The position numbers and the translations under genes are program-made. Source: an uncultured Spirochaetota bacterium (GTDB taxonomy: Bacteria; Spirochaetota; Brevinematia; Brevinematales; JAOACQ01). Taken from it: a DNA stretch of 64,000 nt. Positions 48,131 through 58,105 of the stretch are shown here, one piece after another (position 1 is the stretch's first letter; the number at the start of each line of letters is the position of its first letter). The notes beneath the pieces were generated by a model, which made no database searches, was not told the DNA's origin, and was given only the letters and a program-made list of their open reading frames with translations. The stretch covers positions 416,001-480,000 of the forward strand of contig CAVYGN010000002.1 in assembly GCA_963768055.1 (NCBI GenBank). Reading direction: 5' to 3'.

Positions 48131-48616
48131 ATGAGCTGGGATATTAATAAAGTCATAGTTGTCGGAAGGCTTTCCGGTGATGTGGAATTAAAATATACCC
48201 CAAGCGGAACCGCCGTGGCAAGATTCGGAATTGCCGTAGGCGGTAAGCCTAAAAACGATGGTTCAGACAGTGTTTCTTTCTTTAATGTGGTTGTTTGGGG
48301 AAAGGCGGCTGAAAACTGCAGCAATTATCTTTCAAAAGGGAAACAGGTAGCGCTTGACGGAAGGCTTGAACAGAGGAGCTGGGTAACGCAGGACGGCTCG
48401 AAGAGAAGCGTAGTGGAGATCATCGCTGACCGGGTGGAATTTCTCGGTTCTCCGTCCGGCGGGAAATCTCAGGGAGGCGGCAGGGAAGCAACCCCTCAAG
48501 CTAAACCACAGGAAGCCCCGATCGAAGATAATTTTTATGACAATACTGACTTTAACCCGGCGCCCGTAGAGCCGGTAAACGGCCAGGACAACGGCGGAGA
48601 TGAACCCAATTTTTAA
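48131..48616 (+). CDS. ssb: Single-stranded DNA-binding protein
   Basis: NKVIVVGRL, VVWGKAAE, acidic tail. Confidence 0.95.
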   Translation: MSWDINKVIVVGRLSGDVELKYTPSGTAVARFGIAVGGKPKNDGSDSVSFFNVVVWGKAAENCSNYLSKGKQVALDGRLEQRSWVTQDGSKRSVVEIIADRVEFLGSPSGGKSQGGGREATPQAKPQEAPIEDNFYDNTDFNPAPVEPVNGQDNGGDEPNF

Positions 48617-48640
48617 TCGCTAATAAAAGGAGATTCTAAT

Positions 48641-49066
48641 ATGCCTGAAGAAGTAAAAATCGAAAAAGACATAAGCCCTGATAAGGACGTAATCCCTGAT
48701 AAGGAAGAAATCTTAGAGGAAAAGCCGGAAGTAGATATCCAAATGCCTTTAGCGGCTGCCGCACCTGCTGTAGCTGAAGAGGCGCCGGTCAGGCAGGGCA
48801 GAGATTTCGGACCTGGACGCGGCTCACAGATGTCCGATAGAAAAAAATTTTTCTATACAAAAAAGGTCTGCAAATACTGCACCCGTCAGATAGACGAAAA
48901 AATGATCGATTATAAGAATATCGATACCCTTAAACGTTATGTTATGCCCAGCGGAAAGATACTGCCGCGCAGGATCAGCGGCAACTGCGCAAAACACCAG
49001 AGAAAGATTGTCAGGGAGATAAAAAAAGCCAGGATAATAGCGCTGCTTCCTTTTCTCGACAGGTAA
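48641..49066 (+). CDS. rpsR: 30S ribosomal protein S18 with long acidic N-terminal extension
   Basis: [28 protein letters not shown]. Confidence 0.92.
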   Translation: MPEEVKIEKDISPDKDVIPDKEEILEEKPEVDIQMPLAAAAPAVAEEAPVRQGRDFGPGRGSQMSDRKKFFYTKKVCKYCTRQIDEKMIDYKNIDTLKRYVMPSGKILPRRISGNCAKHQRKIVREIKKARIIALLPFLDR

Positions 49067-49084
49067 AAAATATAAGGATAACGA

Positions 49085-49840
49085 GTGGAACTTTCCTTTT
49101 TTTGGGTTTTGCTCACTCTGTTCGTTTACTCAACTTTTTACTCGGGAATTTTCCTCCTCAAACCTGTGTTTTTTTTATTAAGGAAAGTTATTAAAAGGGG
49201 CCGCAGGTATTTTTATACCTTTTTGAAAATCCTTTTTTTTATCGGACTGGTGGCTTTCTGCTTTTTTTATATACCTTCGGCCGATAAAATTTGGTTCAAT
49301 CTGAAGGGTTTATATACAGGCTTAATTAAAAAGTCGTTGCTATCGGCGGATAAAGTTGATGTTGTATTCCAGACGGCCAGATTTTTCCGTTTTTTTTACC
49401 CCGCCGGAATAGCTTTCGGGGCGGCCCTTTTATTAATGATTTCTTCAGACAGGCACCTTGCATATTTCTGGCACAGGTTCTTGCTCAGGTTCAGCCACAA
49501 GCAGCTTATGCCGCTTGTGATATTTTGGACTTTTTTCTGGATCTTCGAGGTCCTGGGCGATTATATCGGTACCGGAATATTTGCCTCTTTTTTTGTTGAA
49601 ACACTTATGAATTGCTGCCTGTATTTTTCTTTTTTTTATATTATTTATGGTTTTTTGATTATAAATTACCTGATGAAAAAAAGAGGCATTCCATATACTA
49701 TAACTACTATGGTAGTTTATGGAGCAATTATTGTTTCAGGAGATTTTATAATATATATAATGATCATTCTTATGGGTTTTGGAATAACCGATGCATGGAT
49801 GGATTATACTAAAAAGAAAATAAAATTCTCCGGGGCATAG
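49085..49840 (+). CDS. Polytopic membrane protein (YybS/DUF2232 position)
   Basis: Multiple TMs, C-terminal GITDAWMDY; lies between rpsR and rplI. Confidence 0.6.
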   Translation: MELSFFWVLLTLFVYSTFYSGIFLLKPVFFLLRKVIKRGRRYFYTFLKILFFIGLVAFCFFYIPSADKIWFNLKGLYTGLIKKSLLSADKVDVVFQTARFFRFFYPAGIAFGAALLLMISSDRHLAYFWHRFLLRFSHKQLMPLVIFWTFFWIFEVLGDYIGTGIFASFFVETLMNCCLYFSFFYIIYGFLIINYLMKKRGIPYTITTMVVYGAIIVSGDFIIYIMIILMGFGITDAWMDYTKKKIKFSGA

Positions 49841-49865
49841 CCCTGAAATATTTGAGGAGGTCTTC

Positions 49866-50306
49866 ATGAAAGTCATTTTACTTGATAACGTCGTCGGGCT
49901 TGGCAGGGCCGGCGATATAAAAATCGTAAAAGACGGCTTCGCAAGAAATTTCCTGATACCCAAAAAGCTTGTTGAAGTTGCGACAAAAGGGAAAGAAAAG
50001 CACCTTCAGCGGATTGCATCGGCATTGTCTGAAAAAGCAAAGCAATACTATGAACAAGCCGTATCTATGAAGGAAAGGGTAGAAGCCCAGGAAATAGAGA
50101 TACACGCAAAAGCGGGAGAAGAGGGGAAGCTCTTCGGTTCTATTACCAACACAGACCTGTCGAAATTATTTATGGAAAAGGGGTTCGATATCGATAAAAA
50201 GAAAATCCTCCTCGACCATATCAAAGTGATCGGCGACCACATCGCGAGGATCAAGCTTGATGAGGGCGTCATAGCATCAGTAAAGATCAAGGTAACGGCC
50301 GATTAA
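49866..50306 (+). CDS. rplI: 50S ribosomal protein L9
   Basis: MKVIL, VKDGFARNFLIP, GKLFGSIT. Confidence 0.95.
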   Translation: MKVILLDNVVGLGRAGDIKIVKDGFARNFLIPKKLVEVATKGKEKHLQRIASALSEKAKQYYEQAVSMKERVEAQEIEIHAKAGEEGKLFGSITNTDLSKLFMEKGFDIDKKKILLDHIKVIGDHIARIKLDEGVIASVKIKVTAD

Positions 50307-50308
50307 TT

Positions 50309-51721
50309 ATGGCCTTCGATGATCTCTTAAAAAGGACCCCGCCCCACAGCATGGAAGCTGAGGAATCCTGTATCGGCGCGATGCTCATGTCTAAAAACGC
50401 CATATCAGCCATTCAGGAAATAATAAGAGATGATGATTTTTTCGATGAAAAAAACAGGATAATTTTTAAAGCGATTAACGATCTCAGTGAAAAAAACCAG
50501 CCTGTGGACACGGTAAGCCTCACGAACAAGCTGGAATCGTCCGGCCTGCTGCAGAAGGCCGGAGGAAACGCTTACATTGCAAGATTAATAGAAAACGTAC
50601 CATCCCTTTCAAATGTCCAGGCGCACGCACGGATCGTTCTTGAAAAATCCATGTTAAGGGAACTGATTAACTCCGCCAGGACCATTATTGATAATGTTTA
50701 CGAGGACCAGTCCGATGTCGAAAAGCTATCGGACGAAGCGGAGAGACTGATCTTCAATGTTACTAACCGTAAACTCCGTTCAAATTACCAATTGATCAAG
50801 GATATAATCCCGGACACCCTTAAAGGGATCGAGCGAATTTCCAAATCCAAACATGTTTATACAGGTCTGCCGACAGGTTTCACGGAATTGGACGACAAGA
50901 CGAGCGGTTTCCAGAACGGCGACCTGATAGTTATAGCGGCAAGGCCATCTATGGGAAAAACAGCTTTCGCACTCAACATAGCCTCCAATATAGCGAAAAT
51001 GAACGAGAATAATTCAGTGATGATTTTCTCCCTCGAAATGTCGTACCAGGAACTGGTCTTCAGGATGCTCTCAAGCGAATCGCGCCTCGATATGCAGAAA
51101 CTGAGAAAAGGGCAGCTCAGAACATCGTCCATAAAAGAGGAGGATGAATGGGAAAGGCTGGTTAATGCGGCGGGAACCCTTTCACGGATGAAAATCCTGA
51201 TCGACGACACCCCCGCGATAACTTTGAACGAGATAAGGGCAAAATCAAGAAGGGTAAAGGCCAGATTCGGGATAAAGGCTCTTTTTATAGATCATCTTCA
51301 GCTTGTTACCACTGTAGATTCGAATAAAATGATAATAAACAGGAACAATGAAATTTCGTACATATCCAGGAGCCTCAAAGCTTTAGCAAAAGAGCTCGAA
51401 ATACCGATAATAGTATTGTCCCAGCTTTCAAGGAAGGTCGATGAAAGGGGCAAGGACCATAGGCCCATCCTTTCCGATCTCAGGGAATCGGGGGCGATCG
51501 AACAGGACGCTGATATAGTAGCTTTCCTTTACCGGGAAGAATATTACAATAAAGACAGCGACAAGAAAAACAGAGCCGATCTCCTTCTTCAGAAACAGAG
51601 GAATGGCCCTATTGGAGACATTCAAATGGCTTTCAGCAAGGAAAGTGTCCGTTTCGATAACCTTGATAAATTTTCAGTATACCTGGAAGCCCAAAACGTT
51701 CCGGCAGAAGAACAATTTTAG
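50309..51721 (+). CDS. dnaB: Replicative DNA helicase
   Basis: ARPSMGKT, FSLEM, LSQLSR, DLRESGAIEQDAD; no intein. Confidence 0.97.
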   Translation: MAFDDLLKRTPPHSMEAEESCIGAMLMSKNAISAIQEIIRDDDFFDEKNRIIFKAINDLSEKNQPVDTVSLTNKLESSGLLQKAGGNAYIARLIENVPSLSNVQAHARIVLEKSMLRELINSARTIIDNVYEDQSDVEKLSDEAERLIFNVTNRKLRSNYQLIKDIIPDTLKGIERISKSKHVYTGLPTGFTELDDKTSGFQNGDLIVIAARPSMGKTAFALNIASNIAKMNENNSVMIFSLEMSYQELVFRMLSSESRLDMQKLRKGQLRTSSIKEEDEWERLVNAAGTLSRMKILIDDTPAITLNEIRAKSRRVKARFGIKALFIDHLQLVTTVDSNKMIINRNNEISYISRSLKALAKELEIPIIVLSQLSRKVDERGKDHRPILSDLRESGAIEQDADIVAFLYREEYYNKDSDKKNRADLLLQKQRNGPIGDIQMAFSKESVRFDNLDKFSVYLEAQNVPAEEQF

Positions 51722-51731
51722 GGTATTCAAT

Positions 51732-52499
51732 ATGGATAGGCTCAGGAATTTTTTCCTCGACCTCGCCAAATTCACTTTGTTTTCTTTCGAAGCTATACGT
51801 CTTATACCGAAAAGTATTGTCAAACCCTTTGAAATAATAAGGAACATTTCGGAAATCGGCGTCCAGTCTGTGTCGATTGTCAGCGCTACGGGCTTTTTCC
51901 TGGGATTGATACTCGGACTGCAGTTAAGCGATGCTATGGAAGCTATAATAGCCGGTACTTCTCTGTATATCAGCGGCGCCTTGTCAGTCAGCCTTGTCAA
52001 GGAGATCGGACCTGTGTTCGCTTCGCTTATAGTCGTAAGCAGGATCTGTTCTTCCGTGACGGCCCAGTTAGGGACCATGAAGGTTACAGAGCAGATAGAC
52101 GCGCTTAAAACCCTTGCGGTTAATCCGGTTGAATACCTTGTTACACCAAGGCTTATCGCCGGGATTATCTCTCTTCCTATCCTTGGATTTATTTCTATTT
52201 TAGCTTCAATGATCGGATCCTGGCTGATGGTTACAATTTTTTTCGACATACCTACTGAAACGTTCTTAGACGTCGCCCAATCCACTCTGCAGATCAGATA
52301 TGTAATAGAGTCTTTCTTTAAAATGATGGTAATCGGAGGAGTGCTGCTGCTGGTAAGCACTTACTGCGGATTCGAAACGAAGAACGGGGCCGCCGGGGTC
52401 GGAGAATCTACAATTCGTTCCGTCGTGGTCAGCAGCTTCCTCGTCATACTGCTGGACTATATACTTGGGACCGTATTTCTCTTATTTTCAGGAGTATAA
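51732..52499 (+). CDS. mlaE: MlaE family ABC permease
   Basis: KEIGPV, GTMKVTEQIDAL, GAAGVG; start reassigned to MDRLRNFF. Confidence 0.88.
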   Translation: MDRLRNFFLDLAKFTLFSFEAIRLIPKSIVKPFEIIRNISEIGVQSVSIVSATGFFLGLILGLQLSDAMEAIIAGTSLYISGALSVSLVKEIGPVFASLIVVSRICSSVTAQLGTMKVTEQIDALKTLAVNPVEYLVTPRLIAGIISLPILGFISILASMIGSWLMVTIFFDIPTETFLDVAQSTLQIRYVIESFFKMMVIGGVLLLVSTYCGFETKNGAAGVGESTIRSVVVSSFLVILLDYILGTVFLLFSGV

Positions 52500-52504
52500 C
52501 TCAG

Positions 52505-53323
52505 ATGGAGTATAAGATCGAAATATTCTCTTTGTGTAAAATAATGAACGGTAAAAAGGTCCTGGATAATATGGATCTTAAGATCAAGGAAACGGAAACT
52601 TTTACTATACTCGGCCAGAGCGGGGTGGGTAAGAGCGTGCTGTTGAAACATATTATCGGACTTTTAACGCCGGACAGCGGTGAAATTTATATTGACGGGG
52701 AAAAGATTGATTACAGCAATCCCCAGGAAGCCGATAAATACCGTACAAAATTCGGAATGCTTTTTCAGGGAGGGGCCCTTTTCGATTCCTTATCTGTAAG
52801 CGATAATATACTTTTTGCTCTTGACCACCTCCGTCCTGAACTTATGGAAGTTGTAAAACAGGAACTGATGGAAAGGGCTCTCGAACTGGTCGAACTTCCA
52901 GGGATCGAAAAACTGATGATTTCCTCCCTGTCCGGGGGAATGATGAAAAGAGTCGCCCTGGCAAGAGCGATAGTAGCCGAGCCGTCCATCATTCTTTTCG
53001 ACGAACCTACTACAGGCCTCGATCCAATTACCGCAGCCAACGTCAACGAACTGATAATACACCTTAAGCAAAAGCTCAATACAACTTTTGTCATTGTCAC
53101 CCATGATATCAAAAGCGCAAAATATTTTTCAGACCGTGTAGGCATGCTTTACGGCGGAAAAATTATATTCATCGGCACTCCCGGCGAATTGGAAAAGACC
53201 GACAATCCCTATGTCAGGCAGTTTATCGAGGGAAGGTATGAAGGGCCCATAACTGACGATTATAATGCGGCCTTCGAGGGCATGCTGAAAAATAATATAA
53301 TATCGAAAAAAAGAGGTGGATAG
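52505..53323 (+). CDS. mlaF: MlaF family ABC ATPase
   Basis: GQSGVGKS, FQGGALFDS, LSGGM, DEPTTGLDP. Confidence 0.88.
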   Translation: MEYKIEIFSLCKIMNGKKVLDNMDLKIKETETFTILGQSGVGKSVLLKHIIGLLTPDSGEIYIDGEKIDYSNPQEADKYRTKFGMLFQGGALFDSLSVSDNILFALDHLRPELMEVVKQELMERALELVELPGIEKLMISSLSGGMMKRVALARAIVAEPSIILFDEPTTGLDPITAANVNELIIHLKQKLNTTFVIVTHDIKSAKYFSDRVGMLYGGKIIFIGTPGELEKTDNPYVRQFIEGRYEGPITDDYNAAFEGMLKNNIISKKRGG

Positions 53324-53324
53324 T

Positions 53325-54248
53325 ATGGAAAGGGGTAAAAAAATCAACAGGGTAAATCTGGGCGCTTTCATATTCGCCGGAATCGTTCTCATGTTCGTAT
53401 TCATCTACTTCGCCGGAAAACTCAGCTTTCTCATCGGGGGCGGCTACACTCTTTCAATTCAGTATGATTTTCTCGATAATCTGCAAACGGGGTCTAAGAT
53501 TCGCGTTTCGGGAGGCCCGTCGGTCGGCTACATCGATAAAATATCCTTCGAGGGCGGCAAGATCGTCGTGAGAGCCCTCATCCAGAACAACTTCAGGATA
53601 AACAGGAACGCAAAGTTTTATATATATTCCACAAGTCTCGTAGGCCAGAAATATATCAACGTATCGGATTACGACCCGACAGCCTCGGAATTTTTTACAA
53701 ACAACGAATATATAATAGGAAATTCACCGATCGGTTTCTCCCGTACTATCGAACTGGCAGGGTCGATCGTGAACAGCCTCATATCATCCTCCAATAACTC
53801 CGATGTAGTCAATAAACTCAAAGACACGTTCCAGAACACTATGGATCTCATCGCGGGCCTCAACCGGGTCGTAAAGGAGAACGAAGGCGACTTGAGGCAG
53901 AGCATCTACAATCTCAACCAGGGCCTGAAAAATTCAGCCGAGGTCATGGGACGCGTCAATCACACGATAGAGAACCTGGAGTCTTTTACGAAGAAAATCA
54001 ATAACAGCATGAATTCGCTCACTCCGAATGAGATCGGCGATCTTATCAGCAATGTAACAAGCCTGAGTCTCGAATTGAAAAACCTTTCGGAGGATATAAA
54101 TAAGCTTTCTTATGATAAAACAAGCCCGCTTTATCTTATGAGGGATAAAGAAACTAAAACGAGGCTCGATACAACGCTGAAAAATTTTGAAATATTCAGC
54201 CAAAAAATCAGCTCGAACCCGTCAGCCCTTATTTTCGGAAGCAAGTAA
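53325..54248 (+). CDS. mlaD: MlaD/MCE family protein
   Basis: N-terminal TM, MCE domain (LQTGSKIR, SLVGQKYI), helical tail. Confidence 0.85.
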   Translation: MERGKKINRVNLGAFIFAGIVLMFVFIYFAGKLSFLIGGGYTLSIQYDFLDNLQTGSKIRVSGGPSVGYIDKISFEGGKIVVRALIQNNFRINRNAKFYIYSTSLVGQKYINVSDYDPTASEFFTNNEYIIGNSPIGFSRTIELAGSIVNSLISSSNNSDVVNKLKDTFQNTMDLIAGLNRVVKENEGDLRQSIYNLNQGLKNSAEVMGRVNHTIENLESFTKKINNSMNSLTPNEIGDLISNVTSLSLELKNLSEDINKLSYDKTSPLYLMRDKETKTRLDTTLKNFEIFSQKISSNPSALIFGSK

Positions 54249-54257
54249 GGACGAAGC

Positions 54258-54923
54258 ATGATTCCTTTAAGAGATGAGAACCCGCCTAAAAGTTTCCCTA
54301 TAATCAACGTTTGTCTCTTAGTCCTCAACGTTTTAGTATTTATTGTGCAGGTAACCTCTGAAAACTTAAACAGGGAACTTATTTACAGGTTTTCTCTTAT
54401 ACCCTCTTTATTTTTTAACGACCCGGCCGCAAACTGGTTCCGGCCGGTCACTTACCTGTTCCTGCATGGGGGATTCGTCCATATAATCGGGAACATGCTT
54501 TTTTTGTATATTTTCGGCGGCAATATCGAGGATATCCTGGGACATACACGCTATTTATTTTATTACCTCGCCGTAGGGATCTGCGGCGGTCTTTTCCAGG
54601 CAGCCCTTACAATGCATACTTCAGGGCCGATAATCGGCGCAAGCGGCGCAATTTCCGGGGTGTTGACGGCCTACATCCTGCTGTTCCCGTACAGAAGGAT
54701 ACTGACGCTGGTCTTTCTCGGGTTTTTCATTATGCCGGTAAGGATACCGGCCTTTGTCTATATAACCATATGGATCGGCGGGCAGTTTCTGGGGCTGGTT
54801 TCAAGCGTTTTCGGGGATAACGGAAATAATGTAGCTTATTTCGTCCACTTCGGAGGCATTATCTCGGGCTTCCTTTATATTTACGTGCAGAGACGGCAGC
54901 TTCTGAGAAAATATTACACTTGA
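54258..54923 (+). CDS. Rhomboid intramembrane serine protease
   Basis: MIPLRD, FLHGG..HIIGNM, GASG, HFGG. Confidence 0.9.
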   Translation: MIPLRDENPPKSFPIINVCLLVLNVLVFIVQVTSENLNRELIYRFSLIPSLFFNDPAANWFRPVTYLFLHGGFVHIIGNMLFLYIFGGNIEDILGHTRYLFYYLAVGICGGLFQAALTMHTSGPIIGASGAISGVLTAYILLFPYRRILTLVFLGFFIMPVRIPAFVYITIWIGGQFLGLVSSVFGDNGNNVAYFVHFGGIISGFLYIYVQRRQLLRKYYT

Positions 54924-56209
54924 GGTGCGGTTTTTTCAAGGTATTTCAAACCCTTCCTGCCTATGTCCTTCCTGTAAGTGACGCCCTGGAAATCGATCCT
55001 GGTCGCCTTATCATATGCTCTCATTACCGCTTCCCTCAAGTCGCGCCCGAGGGCCGATACGCATATTACCCGCCCCCCGTCCGTCAAAAGAGTGCCGTCC
55101 GGGTCTTTTTTGGTTCCTGCATGAAAAACATATACCCCGGGTTCGTCCCCGATATCTCCCGTTATCTCGTAACCCTTCGAATAATTACCCGGATATCCCT
55201 GCGAAGCAAGCACGACGCCCGCACAGTACCCCGGAACCTGTTCGACTATGAGCTGCCGGAGGCTGCCATGCACCGATGCCGTAATTATATCAAGCAGGTC
55301 TGTTTTTAAAAGAGGCAGGACAACCTGGGCCTCCGGATCGCCCAGCCTTATATTGTACTCGATCACCGACGGTCCGTTAGCCGTCAGCATAAGGCCGAGA
55401 TATAGAAAGCCAGTGTATGGGCATTCGTCCCTGAGCATGCCGGCCAGAGTAGGCCTTATTATATTGTCCGTGATAATTCCCTTCAGGGTATCGTCCAGAA
55501 ACGGAACAGGCGCGAACGCCCCCATACCGCCGGTGTTGGGCCCAAGATCGTTATCGTAAATCCTTTTATGGTCCTGTGCAGGCGCGAGCCATTTAAAATC
55601 ATGCCCGTCGGTCGCTATGAAAACGCTTACCTCTTCGCCTTCCAGGAATTCTTCAAGTACGACCCTGTCACCCGCGCTCCCGAATTCCCTATCGATCATT
55701 ACCCTTTTAACGGCCGCGATTGTTTCTTCCGGCGTACTGCAGACTATGGCCCCTTTACCGGAGGCAAGGCCGTCTGTCTTAACAACATAGCGCTTGTCTG
55801 TTTTATTCACGAATTCGATAGCTTTGTCCGGGTCTTCAAAAATCCTGAATTTAGCGGTTGGTATACTATACCTTGCCAGGAACTCCTTCAAATATGCCTT
55901 GCTGCCCTCAAGCCTCGCGGCACCGGCGGAAGGCCCGAAAACCGCGGCCTTCGTTTTCTTAAGAATGTCGGCTATCCCGTCCGTGAGGGGCTTTTCGGGC
56001 CCAACTACAACCAGGTCGATCTTCGCGATTTCTATGAATTCCTCGATTTCGGTAAAGGGGCTGGCTATATCAACGGGCACGTTCCTCCCGTATTTCGAAG
56101 TTCCGCCGTTGCCCGGCATTACGAAGAGATTGTCGCATCTCGGGCTTTTTGAAAGCGCCCATGCGAGAGCGCTTTCCCTTCCCCCGCTGCCGATCACAGC
56201 TACGTTCAT
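54914..56209 (-). CDS. purD: Phosphoribosylamine--glycine ligase
   Basis: GSGGRE, GPEKPL, QDHKR, GPNTGGMG, GDPE. Confidence 0.97.
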   Translation of the reverse strand: MNVAVIGSGGRESALAWALSKSPRCDNLFVMPGNGGTSKYGRNVPVDIASPFTEIEEFIEIAKIDLVVVGPEKPLTDGIADILKKTKAAVFGPSAGAARLEGSKAYLKEFLARYSIPTAKFRIFEDPDKAIEFVNKTDKRYVVKTDGLASGKGAIVCSTPEETIAAVKRVMIDREFGSAGDRVVLEEFLEGEEVSVFIATDGHDFKWLAPAQDHKRIYDNDLGPNTGGMGAFAPVPFLDDTLKGIITDNIIRPTLAGMLRDECPYTGFLYLGLMLTANGPSVIEYNIRLGDPEAQVVLPLLKTDLLDIITASVHGSLRQLIVEQVPGYCAGVVLASQGYPGNYSKGYEITGDIGDEPGVYVFHAGTKKDPDGTLLTDGGRVICVSALGRDLREAVMRAYDKATRIDFQGVTYRKDIGRKGLKYLEKTAPQV

Positions 56210-56332
56210 GAGAGGCTCCTGATTTGATTTTAGACGTTATTATAGCATGCCGGGATAGATTTTGGAAGACCGGGAGAAGGAACGGAAACAAAGATTACAC
56301 AGATCGCGATTAGATTTCACAAAAGCAGGGAG

Positions 56333-56737
56333 TCATTGAATTATTTCAATCCCCGGTATCATGTTAAAATCGTTTTCATTATAAGTGGCTATTATCGAGA
56401 GTCCGTTCGCTATCATAATCGATATAATTTCAATATCGAAAACCTTAATGCCGGCAGGCTGATATTTTGTTATCAGATCATTGAATATTGAATTTGACCT
56501 TTTATCTGGATAGATTAATTTCACAGTCGAACAGAAAACTCGGAGTGTCTGGATAATATCCTTATAAGGCATGAGCTGTAATTTTGAAGCGACAGAAATG
56601 AACTCGCTGATATTTTTATTAGTCAGGAAAAAATTAAATTCCTTATTTAACAGTAGGGATTTTGCTTTTTCACAATAAACGGAATCCGAATTTAACGCGC
56701 ATATCAAGACATTCGTATCGAGAAGTACGTCACTCAT
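56333..56737 (-). CDS. PIN-domain (VapC-like) toxin
   Basis: LLDTNVL, ISEF, FD, TYNENDF. Confidence 0.8.
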   Translation of the reverse strand: MSDVLLDTNVLICALNSDSVYCEKAKSLLLNKEFNFFLTNKNISEFISVASKLQLMPYKDIIQTLRVFCSTVKLIYPDKRSNSIFNDLITKYQPAGIKVFDIEIISIMIANGLSIIATYNENDFNMIPGIEIIQ

Positions 56738-56933
56738 ATACGATATCCCGCAATTTTTTTTGATCCAGGTCTTTTCCGAAATGATATTTACCCAGGATAT
56801 CCTTTATACCGGGATCAGGGGCGCCCGGCTGCTGAGAATCCAGCCTGATTTCCACACATGCCCTTATATTGGGCAAATCTTTATCGGTAATCCTGACTTT
56901 ACCGTGGTCGTAAATGCCATGCAAAATTATCAT
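56730..56933 (-). CDS. Putative antitoxin
   Basis: 67 aa, HGIYDHGKV N-terminus; overlaps the PIN gene start. Confidence 0.6.
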   Translation of the reverse strand: MIILHGIYDHGKVRITDKDLPNIRACVEIRLDSQQPGAPDPGIKDILGKYHFGKDLDQKKLRDIVYE

Positions 56934-57057
56934 ATAAATTCTCCCTATATAATTTAATACCGGGAAGGAAAAAACGCAAGAGTATTGTTCAGCAATAAAA
57001 TTAAAGCCGAAGCCGATATTTTTTGCGGTAAACCATGATTGGTGTTAAATGCTGCAG

Positions 57058-57242
57058 TTGTACGAAAAAGCCGGCGTAAAAGAATACTGGATAGTCGATC
57101 CGGGCAGCCGGGTCATTCACCAGTACGCAAATAAGAATAACCGGTTCGGCCTGGTGAAGATGCATGAAACCGAAAGTATTGTCGAATCGGCCGTTATCGA
57201 GGGCCTGAAAGTGAAACTATCCCGATATTCGAAGGGGAATAA
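57058..57242 (+). pseudogene. Uma2 paralogue remnant (5'-truncated, frameshifted near the 3' end)
   Basis: LYEKAGVKEYWIVDPGSRVIHQY...IEGLKV closely matches the C-terminus of 22342..22926; IFEGE* lies in another frame. Confidence 0.75.
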
Positions 57243-57271
57243 ACGGCGCCCTCGCTTCCGTCTTCAACTTT

Positions 57272-57700
57272 TTACAAACTAAACCCATTATCTTTATATA
57301 TGCCAAGATGCCTTCTAAATCTTTTTGGAATATCAATTTCAACATTGTAACCAGTAATTCTTAGAGCTTCTTTAATGGCATCAATCCCGTCATTATAGAA
57401 CTGATCAATTCTTCTTTCCCTGTTTTCGATGTTCTTATAGCCGGTAGGGCAAACGAAGGTCCAGTCGGCGCCTGTCTTACTCAAAACAACCCTGAAATAT
57501 TTATCAACATCAAGTTCATTATAATCAAGTTTTTTTAAAAGAATATTGTGTTCAGGAGCATCATCCATATTTGCCAGCAGCATTTCTTTTTTATCATAAG
57601 AAACCATCATGATTAATGGATAATCAAGACTCATTGCCTTTTCTACAGTGGTCTTATCCGGGTAATATTTAATATCCATTATCTTCTCCGCTGCAATCAC
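57272..57700 (-). CDS. Hypothetical protein
   Basis: 142-aa ORF (start may be ATG 57679) with its own promoter; no family recognised. Confidence 0.6.
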   Translation of the reverse strand: MIAAEKIMDIKYYPDKTTVEKAMSLDYPLIMMVSYDKKEMLLANMDDAPEHNILLKKLDYNELDVDKYFRVVLSKTGADWTFVCPTGYKNIENRERRIDQFYNDGIDAIKEALRITGYNVEIDIPKRFRRHLGIYKDNGFSL

Positions 57701-57755
57701 CGGCCTTTCTTTGAAATTGACACCTTTTTTTGGGTATTACATAATCCTTTCATAT

Positions 57756-57784
57756 ATTATACATACTATTTATGTACTTGTCAG
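57756..57784 (-). promoter_or_regulatory. Promoter with palindromic operator
   Basis: CTGACA-N17-TATAAT; TACATA-N5-TATGTA at 57760-57776. Confidence 0.55.
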
Positions 57785-58105
57785 GTTTTCAAATTTTATT
57801 TTTACTCCAATCCAATAACGCAATAACAGCCACCTTTCTGACTATTACGAAATCGCAGAGCTGGTGGGAGCTTCCGGATCAGTCAGCCGGATGGACACTG
57901 TCCCGGTCTTTATAGCTTTTTTAACTTATCCTTTCAGACAGCTACACATGGGTAGAAGTTCGTAATAATGAAGGCCGAATTAAACTGCCCATATAAAAAT
58001 TCCCATTTTTCCTTGACAATAAAAGTTTAACAAAATAACATTTATATATTAAATATTTGTTATAATTTATTTATAAAATTAAAAACCGATAAAAGGAGTC
58101 CTGAT

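Noticed and set aside
51674..52360. 228-aa ORF on the - strand
   Set aside because: Antisense shadow of mlaE
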